A stretch of 63,205 bases of DNA, counting the filler, from Reticulomyxa filosa (taxonomy: Eukaryota > Protista > Foraminifera), in assembly GCA_000512085.1 (NCBI GenBank). It is 22 parts of 22 records of this genome, joined end to end, with 100 filler letters (N's around TTAATTAATTAA, not from the genome) between each part and the next. Parts side by side here need not be neighbours in the genome. Positions count along the whole stretch, not along the records: positions 52,312 to 56,002 come from ASPP01049514.1; positions 56,103 to 57,234 come from ASPP01041672.1; positions 57,335 to 59,956 come from ASPP01003838.1; positions 60,057 to 62,082 come from ASPP01003704.1; positions 62,183 to 63,205 come from ASPP01024194.1; 17 more parts are not named here. One strand, 5' to 3'. Positions 54,739 through 63,205 of this stretch are shown here, piece after piece; the stretch's first letter is position 1, and every line of letters starts with the position of its first letter. The notes beneath the pieces are model-generated. The model searched no databases. It was not told the DNA's origin and saw only the letters and a program-made list of their open reading frames with translations. A program made the translations under genes and the position numbers.

Positions 54739-55080
54739 TTGTTATCAACACGTGATAACAATCATTTTTGGAGTCATAGCTCCCAAATAAATATAAATTA
54801 AAAATCAATATTTTAATTATTTCTTTCTTATTCTTGTTCTTTTTTTTTTATTATTATTATTTTTCACTTCTTTTTTTTTTTTCATTTCACTTATTATCTT
54901 TTTTTATTTTCCACTTATCTTTTTTATCTTTTTAATTCTTTTTACTTTTTTTTTCTTCATCCTTTTTTTTATCCTTTTTTCTTTTTCTATCCTTTTTTTT
55001 TCTTATTATCACTTTTTTCCCCTACCTTATTAACAATTTTTTCCAATCCCTTATTAACAATTTTTTCCCATCCCCATTAT
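54739..55080. repeat. Dispersed repeat copy 2: hairpin + TTGGAGTCATAGCTCC + ~300-bp pyrimidine tract
   Basis: See copy at 35949. Confidence 0.6.
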
Positions 55081-55092
55081 AGAACAAAATTA

Positions 55093-56002
55093 CCTGCTTT
55101 GCTTGGACTTTGCTGCACCTGGGTATCCAATTCAACCTTTTTTACTGAGAACACACTGACAATCCTTTTTTTTTTGAATAAAGTATAAAAAATATATGTA
55201 TATATGTATATATGGTTTTTTCTTTGTTAGGGGGAATTCCTGTTTCACCAAGCAAACACACAACCACATCGTATATCGAAAAAATTATATATAAAAAAAA
55301 AAACATACAAACCTTTGTTTTTTCTTTTGCACACTGTATAGATTTCAACCCCAGTTTTTTGGATATCTTTTTTTGTGGAAGTGGAGAAATAAACGAAACT
55401 CTATTTAGTGGGCGGGGGAAGTCCTATTACAAACACACAACAGATTATTACGTTTTAAAAAAAGAAAAAAACAATCAAACCTTGTTTGCTCCTTTAGGAG
55501 ACGGGGGTGGCATTCTGCCCCGTGGTATCTTTTTTTTTCCAGTCACAGTATGGCCTATACACACATAATTTTGTCACATTTTTATTTATTTTTCTTTTTT
55601 AAAAAACCAACAAAAACAAAGTATGTACATATATTTATTTACACATATATACTTCTTCTAAAAATTGATCAAACAAAAAAGAATAATCTATACTTGGAAG
55701 AAATGCAAGTTGTGGAAGTAGTTGACAGCATTTTGGTGCGAGTATTTTGCCTTGGTGGCTTGGCTCTGCGAGAGATTGGGGGAGTCTCAACACTATGGGA
55801 TATTGTTGTGGAGACATGTAATGTAGCCTCATATTCCAATTGCCAGATGAAATGGCTTTGCATTGTTTTTTTTGGGAGATCTCGTGCATTTATCAAATAT
55901 TTATTTGGAAAATTGCACTCCCAATATTTTCATTGCGTCTGGGTTGCGAGTCACCCACATCACGAAGAATTTGTTCTGACTCATTTCTTTGCCACTATTG
56001 TC
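55093..56002 (-). CDS. Hypothetical multi-exon gene fragment
   Basis: Coding-like exons (SHFIWQLEYEATLHVSTTISHSVETPPISRRAKPP..) separated by GT-AG, A/T-run introns. Possible frameshift. Confidence 0.4.
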
Positions 56003-56112
56003 NNNNNNNNNNNNNNNNNNNNNNNNNNNNNNNNNNNNNNNNNNNNTTAATTAATTAANNNNNNNNNNNNNNNNNNNNNNNNNNNNNNNNNNNNNNNNNN
56101 NNTCGGAAAGCT

Positions 56113-56234
56113 AAAAAAAGCAAAGGAAGACAAAAGCAAAAAGAAGTGGTGAAATTTGGCGGCGCCACTATGTTCCTGAGGCGCCGCCTTATTTCACCTC
56201 TTCTTTTTCGCTTTTCCCTTCCTTTGCTTTTTTT
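56113..56234. repeat. Long inverted repeat (~54-bp arms) with GGCGGCGCC clamp and 13-nt loop
   Basis: Arms pair with 5 mismatches and 1 bulge. Confidence 0.92.
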
Positions 56235-57354
56235 TAAAATTTGAGTGCTAGCTATTTCTTCTGCATATTGCGTGATTTTTCAGTATTTATGTTGTTGTCA
56301 CTTTGAGTCATAGGTTTTTTCCACCTTTTAGATACAGTTCCTTTTGTATCCTGAGCGCTTTCATTGTTTTGGCAATATTATCATTGTATTTCTTTATAAT
56401 TATCATTTTGGAGTTAGAATGCACTCGCACTTGTTTAGGAAGGCCAAGTGCTTGGAGTTGGTTTATGCATTTAAGTGTTGTGATTGAACAATCTAATTTA
56501 ACTGCAAATGAATTCTTACATATATAACGTTTTATTTCATTAATGGGTATTTATTGCAGTTCTTTATCATATCAACCAAATGATAACTATCGTTCACAAT
56601 TTTAACTTGCCAAAGAAAGGAAAGAGAGGATTCTGCAAAATTGTTAGCATATGTTAAGCTTTTAGCTTGGATAATTATGCTTGTCACTTTGATAAGTAGT
56701 GCGTTCGTTGTTGCAAGACAATCACCCAACACACTTTGCAAATGTTATGGAAAAGCAGATAGAAATTTCAAGTATAAAACAATCTCTTTCCAAATTGAAA
56801 ATTTTTAAAAATTTTTCACGAAATTAGAAATCGAAAAATGCAGTTCAAGTCTTATGCAATATCCATATTCTTTAGAAAACACTTTTTTACAAGAATTGCG
56901 ATGCATGGATTGAAATCGGACATATAAATATAATTTCAGAATAAGAGTTACAATCTCAAAATACGTTCAATTGTTGCCCAAGTCAAGGGCATTTTATTCA
57001 TATATTTTTATTCTTTTTCATATTTGTTTTAATGGATATGCATACAGAAGAAGATTTAACATACATAATATTTTAATTTTACATTAATTGCACTTCTTTT
57101 AAAATTGTACAAAATACATTATGATTTCTAATTTTATAACGTCTTTTGCATCCAAACAAGTGTTATGTATTGGCAGTATTTTGTTCTTTATTGGTGGTGA
57201 CTGTGACTCCTTGCATTAATTTTTGTGATAGCACNNNNNNNNNNNNNNNNNNNNNNNNNNNNNNNNNNNNNNNNNNNNTTAATTAATTAANNNNNNNNNN
57301 NNNNNNNNNNNNNNNNNNNNNNNNNNNNNNNNNNTAAACAAAAGCTCAACAAAT

Positions 57355-57699
57355 TTAAGTATACGTATATTCCTTTTTGCTTTTTTTTTTTAAACTTAAT
57401 AATCTTTTTTTTTCTACATCGTTGGCTCGTGTTGTCTCCTGAACTGTCTCATGCTCAGTGTGTGGAAACATGTTAGTGTCCAATGCTAATTCGTCACCAA
57501 AGTCAAATGTTCCTCTTAATCTTAGTAAGTTTTGCTTTGTTTTCGTCATACAGTCTTTATTTGTATTCTCGCTGTTTTGGCACGGTACTGTTGGAGACGG
57601 TATTACTACTATGCTACGAGCACAATCCTCATTCAAAGAACAATTCTTCAAAAGTCTATTTTTTACACTCTCGATATTATTGACTTTCTCTGTCGCCAT
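57355..57699 (-). CDS. Hypothetical protein, first exon
   Basis: ATG ORF of 114 aa running toward the contig end. Confidence 0.4.
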   Translation of the reverse strand: MATEKVNNIESVKNRLLKNCSLNEDCARSIVVIPSPTVPCQNSENTNKDCMTKTKQNLLRLRGTFDFGDELALDTNMFPHTEHETVQETTRANDVEKKRLLSLKKKSKKEYTYT

Positions 57700-58130
57700 T
57701 TTTTTATTTTTTGTAAAACAGCAGGGAAAAATCGAATTTTATCCACAAAAAACTCTAGTAAAACCTTTTGCAGTCAGTTCCAAAATTACAATCACAGCCA
57801 TCTTCCAAATAAAAATCAGTGGTCAACACTTACATGTTTGTTTTGCGTGGTTGGATTTTCAGTGACGTGTTTTTTAACTGATTGCCGCATTAAATATCAA
57901 AAGAATTTACAAATGCATTTTCTTTTGACAAATACATCATCAAATAAAGCGTTACACAAAATAAATGTTTCAAATTACAAAAGAGCCTGACACACGAAAT
58001 TTCAAAATAAATTATTTCGAGAGAAAAAAAAAGAAAAACTTTTCGCCATGTACACATCAGAAATGTGTTTTGAGTTTGTTTGGACATTTAAATCAAGTTT
58101 GGCTTTTTCAGGATGCCCGATATTTTAGGA

Positions 58131-59956
58131 TTAAAGTGATGGTATATCCTGAGTATTAACATTCAGCCAAACATATTGAGACAAGGCTTGGACTTGCAAC
58201 AATGCATTTTGATAGCCATTTTTTGGTACGCCGAATACATATCCAGTTTTGCCACATATGGTTTGAGCACTAGCACGAGCGGAATTCCAATCGCTGAGAT
58301 GGTTGGTAACAAGCCACTCAGTTTGATTCATTGTATTGACACAGGCAAGGGGATACTGCGATGTACAGTCCTTTGTGCTCCATTGGCTGGAAGGTTTCAT
58401 GGCCACACAGTTATATTGTTGGTTCGGTTGTCCTTTAGCAAACGACCATACAAAGCGGTACATTTCATCTGGATTAATCATATGCGGGCTAAAGGTGTAT
58501 GTATGTATGTTTTTTTTTTTGTTTATTTAAAAAAATGTATACGTAGAAATATTTTTTAAAACCCCCAAAATTTGCTATTTTTCTTTATCTATAACATTTT
58601 TAATCTGTCCTTATCTTTTTTTTTTATGAAAAAAAAAAAAGTCGGTGCTGAAAGGATACAATATATTGCTTTCCACACGACAACATATTTAACATAGTTG
58701 AACCTGACAATATTTGATCCACAGCGAGTGGCAGTGTCAATAATGGAACGATATTGCCTTTGGATACCCGAGCTGTCCTCGACCGTGTCATCAAGCGCTC
58801 GAGTGAAGGAAACGCCATACGTGAAATTGTATTGAATCAAACACTTTGGAAAAACTTCCAGACCGTCTGCGCCGTATTGATAAGGGTTCCAAATGGTCGG
58901 AGTGAAGACCACATAGGTGCCGTTCACTTTTGTCCAGCCCTCCTTTTGGTTTTCAAATAAAAGACGTTTGCCATGGGTGTATATTAAATCCGACAAACTT
59001 GGCCAAGTGCCGTTGAACAGTTGTTTTTGATCTTCAGGTGTGAAGATGGCATCTCCGAATATTGAAATTAACTGGTTTGTACCCCATTCTGCTTGCTCTG
59101 GCAAAATGTCCCATTTTGTGTCAAAATACACAATTACGAAATCATTTACGTTTGTGTCCAGCCATTTTTTTATCTGAGTTATTTAGTTAAATTATATATG
59201 TATATGCATATGTGTATATATATATGTATTTATGTATATATGTATACATATATACATATATACATATACATATATATATATTTTTTTTTTTTGAAATTTT
59301 TAGTGTTATCATTTCAAAGCAAAAGACACTCGCCTCATTCATTGAATCCAAAAATGTGACATAAGTCGCTTGGCAACTAAGTCGAGACGGCTCATATTGC
59401 AAGTCCGTAATCTCTCTTTGATCGGCCCAAGCTTTAATTTGCACAGGGATGTCCGGGTCGGTTACTGGGGAATGACATATTACTATACCTTCTTCAAAAG
59501 TATCGGTAACCCAAGGACCCCAATTGATATCTACTTCCTGTTGTAATTGTCGTGTTTTTTTTTTTTTTTTTTGTATGTATTGTGTTTACTTACAAACTAA
59601 TACGTATAATGCAATATACAATGTACAGCTTGGTTACATAACAATGTGACGAATGCCAATGTTCAATTGATCTGTTACTGACAAATATTGATCTACTCCC
59701 TCTCCGAGATTTAAGTCACCACCTCCCCAATACAATTCTCCGCCATCGTGCAATGCGCTTACGTAGTCCCTTTCGATTCCAAATCCATATGCAACTGATA
59801 TGTGGCTGTTGTGAGTACCTGGAAACTCGTAATATAACATGCTATCATTCATTTGTAGCCAACGTTGAAATTTCAACGCATAATCAGTCCATGCATCTAC
59901 TTCTACTGAGCCAATAGCACATACTTCTGCACACATATCTGTGTGTTTTTTTTTTT
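58131..59956 (-). CDS. PI-PLC X-box-like phosphodiesterase with C-terminal C-type-lectin-like module, 5' partial
   Basis: FPGTHNSHIS, DQYLSVTDQLNIGIRHI, VICHSP, IFTP..TWPSLSDL..GKRLLF, WSFAKGQP..C..W..DC...PLAC..FGVPKNGYQN..VWLN. Confidence 0.85.
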
Positions 59957-61325
59957 NNNNNNNNNNNNNNNNNNNNNNNNNNNNNNNNNNNNNNNNNNNN
60001 TTAATTAATTAANNNNNNNNNNNNNNNNNNNNNNNNNNNNNNNNNNNNNNNNNNNNTCTATTTCTTTCTGGAGTGGATTTTGTAGAAAATGACAAAATTG
60101 GAGTAGAAAACAGGGTCATCTACTTGCAAATATTTTCTAGATTGGAGTGGCTTCTTTTTGTGATATTAATTCGTCATTCTGTTTTTTAGTTTGAAAGACC
60201 TAAAAAAAAGAATTCCCTATTTTGTGATCAATTTATTTTTCCTCGTGTCAAAAATAGAACAAGGAATATGAATATCATAATAATAAAATCTATCCCTTTT
60301 TCAGGATTGATTGCAAATTGAAAATCCTCTTTATGTCATGCATTTATTATTTACTTTTTTGGATAAAATTAGAAAAATAGATTGTATCAATTATATTCTT
60401 TGTAAAAAAATAACTGTGATAATTACCATCACAAATGAGAATGTATTATGCGTTTGATAGTAACAGTAATATCTAACATCAATTTTTTTTGAATAAAAAA
60501 CTTTTTTGAATTGATATGCAAGGATTTCTAATTTATCTTATCAAAAGTATCATTAAAACAGCAGTCCACAATTAATTAAAAAATAGGGTCAAACACGAAT
60601 TGAACTTTTGGTTAAACCATAACACAAATTAACCAATGAAATAACTTGATTAATTGACATGACTTGTTTAAATAATCTTTCATTTCCTTTATAATTGCAT
60701 TAGCCTTTTGAATTCCAGTCCGATTGATTTTTGTGTTCTTGTTTTTCTCCTAATATTCGTCAAGTGATCCTTTGTTTTTCTTTTAAATCTGGACATAACA
60801 ACTAAAGCTTGGAAAAAAATATGAAAATGTATATAAATATGTTATTACCAATTCAATCTATCCTTCACACGAAGGTAGATTATTCTCAAACAATGCCTGT
60901 CATTAAATTAAACAATATTTTATGTCAATGTTTGCTCTAGAACCTTTTTGTATTTCCATTGGACGCAATTTTGGATATTTATACATCAAGGTGCTTTCGA
61001 ATGTTATTGCTTTTTTTTTATTTCAATTGTTTTTTCATTATTCATGACAGTGTTGTTCAATGACCATCAGTTGATTATAACAAATGCATTTCTCCAAATA
61101 GAACACTCAAAAACAAATGATTCAAACATATTTTTAACAAAATTGTAAAAATGAAAAACTTTGAAATTGCACACTTTTTATTGCTTAGACGTATTATTAA
61201 AAACTCTTTGGCGCGTTCCAAGGAGAAATTTGAAGTTCATTCAAAAAAGAGGACATGTTGTTCAATTATTTTTAAAAAAAGTTGAACCAGTTTCTTCAAT
61301 CATCTAACAAGATCTAAAAAAAGAA

Positions 61326-62082
61326 ATGCCAGCACAACTATTATCGGTATGTTTCTTTTTCAATCTTTGGAAGTTGGCTATCTTTTAGGTTTTTGTTTTT
61401 ATGTAAGCCAGTCAGCAGAAGAAATTCAATTCATTATCCATCATTGGATTCGGAAATTAAAAATTAAATTAGGATGGATTTATGATTTTGACAAACTTGT
61501 TGTGAATTATGTTATGTTTTACTTATTTTTGTTTTATTTAATTCAGTAATTGTCAAATATTTATTTATTGTCATAGACAGGCAAATACTTTCTTCATGTT
61601 CGATACATTTCGTTTATCATCAAAGTTAGTCAACAAATTTATTGGACACAACGATATTGTGTATAGTATCGATTTTCTAGGATTTGGTGATAATCAATTT
61701 ATTTGTTCTGGATCATATGATCAAACAATTCGTGTATGGAATGTTGAAACATGCAAACAAATTAAATCATTCAATCAGCATTTAGGTTGGGCATATTGTG
61801 TAAAATTTTCACCATATCATTATTATAATCATCGTCAAAATGTCATTTGTTCTTCATCATCTAACAATACCATTCATTTTTGGGATTTCAAAAATAATAA
61901 ACAATTGGATATATTTAGTGAACATATTGGGTGGGTTAGTGGAATTAAATTTTCGTCATTTAATTGTGGTAAATATTTATGTTCTGGATCTGCTGATAAA
62001 ACAATTTGTTTATGGGATGTTGAAACATCTAAATTATTACATGTTTTTTGTTGGAACCGAAAGGGTTTGAATTCCGGGTTTT
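61326..62082 (+). CDS. WD40-repeat protein, partial
   Basis: GHNDIVYSIDF..ICSGSYDQTIRVWNV; HIGWVSGIKFS..LCSGSADKTICLWDV; leader EEIQFIIHHWIRKLKIKLGWIYDFDKLVVNY. Confidence 0.92.
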
Positions 62083-62248
62083 NNNNNNNNNNNNNNNNNN
62101 NNNNNNNNNNNNNNNNNNNNNNNNNNTTAATTAATTAANNNNNNNNNNNNNNNNNNNNNNNNNNNNNNNNNNNNNNNNNNNNGGGGGGGAAAAGGAAAGG
62201 GAGTTTTAAAAAAAAAAAGTTGTTAACAAATACGTATACTCCAAAGAA

Positions 62249-62467
62249 ATGAAAAATGATCGTTCCTCAACGGAATCACATAAATTGTTTGAAATAGGAC
62301 CCATTCAAATGAATGACTTGCTAGTGCCCCTGCAAAGCATTCGCGAGGCCTCCACTCCTGAAAAGAAGCGCGAACTGTTCATCAAAAAAATACAGCTGTG
62401 CTCCTTCACATTTGATTTCAACAATGATGTAAAATGTCAACTTTTTTAAAAAAAAAATTTAAAAAAT

Positions 62468-62501
<34 letters not shown>

Positions 62502-63171
62502 AATAGGACAAAGAAGAAGCACGTGCACGTGAACAAAAACGGAAATGCTGATGGAATTGATCGATCACTTGTCCACGTCCAAGACGTGGATATCGGATGA
62601 GTCATTGAAGGCCATCATCTACATGGTCCATTGCAACCTCTTCCGTCCATTGCCCCCGTCGCGGTTTGGAGAAGAAGAGTTCGACCCCGAAGAAGACGAG
62701 CCCACACACGACCCCGCTTGGTAACTTGACTCCTTTTTTTTTTTTTTTTTTTTTTTATTTGAAATTGGAGAAGGAAGAAGAAGAAGAAGGGGGGGAACAT
62801 TGAACCACACTCATACATACAAACATACAAACATATATACATATACATATATATATATATATATGTATATGTTTGCTAGGGTGCATTTGCAATTTGTGTA
62901 TGAATTTCTGTTACGCTTTATCGTGAGCACAAATACTGACGCGAAAATGTTGAAAAAGTTTATCGATCGAAAGTTTCTACTGTCGATCATTGGCCTATTT
63001 CAATCAGAAGATGCAAGAGAAAGAGACTATCTCAAGACAATCCTTCACCGCATTTATGGCAAGTTTATGAGCTTTCGCTCGTTCTTACGCAAAGCCATGA
63101 GTCATGTGTTTTACACGGTTATTTATAAGGAAGGCAGGCACAATGGATTGGCTGAACTCTTGGAAATCTTA
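62249..63171 (+). CDS. Protein phosphatase 2A regulatory subunit B' (B56), partial; 1-nt deficit near 62543
   Basis: ELFIKKIQLCSFTFDF, NLFRPLPP..EFDPEEDEP..PAW|VHLQFVYEFLLRF, FQSEDARERDYLKTILHRIYGKFM, RHNGLAELLEIL. Confidence 0.96.
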
Positions 63172-63205
63172 GGTTTTTTTTTTTTTTTACGACCCCTTTT
63201 TTTTT

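Noticed and set aside
1720-62182. Regularly recurring TTAATTAATTAA flanked by Ns, resembling a repeat array or CRISPR
   Set aside because: Artificial all-frame-stop linker between contigs. Gene neighbourhoods across it are not biological.

Overview
This is AT-rich eukaryotic genomic DNA, not one locus. It is 22 short contigs joined by artificial 100-bp spacers (N44-TTAATTAATTAA-N44), so adjacency across a spacer is meaningless. Short poly(A)/poly(T)/(TA)n introns, the WD40 and TPR gene types and the actin suggest a rhizarian or foraminiferan such as Reticulomyxa filosa (inference). Recognisable genes, mostly partial and multi-exon: ABCA transporter, DH-PH RhoGEF, kinase N-lobe, triple cNMP-binding protein, RNB/DIS3L2 fragment, pyruvate kinase, TPR protein, actin, a CAP-Gly protein largely missed by the ORF track, a PUB+CAP/SCP fusion, GOT1, a dual-specificity phosphatase with a CUE-like tail, a PI-PLC-like protein, a WD40 protein and PP2A B56. 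Decayed Hsp90, importin-alpha and CDPK-like copies are also present. The main unexplained signals are four. (1) A double-hairpin motif with an identical 16-mer (TTGGAGTCATAGCTCC) heads a ~300-bp pyrimidine tract on two unrelated contigs. (2) Two ~54-bp-arm hairpins have GCGGC clamps. (3) A (TTAGG)7 array forms a splice donor. (4) Single-base deficits recur in homopolymers of otherwise intact genes, probably sequencing error but testable. I cannot demonstrate a complete new biological system from sequence alone.
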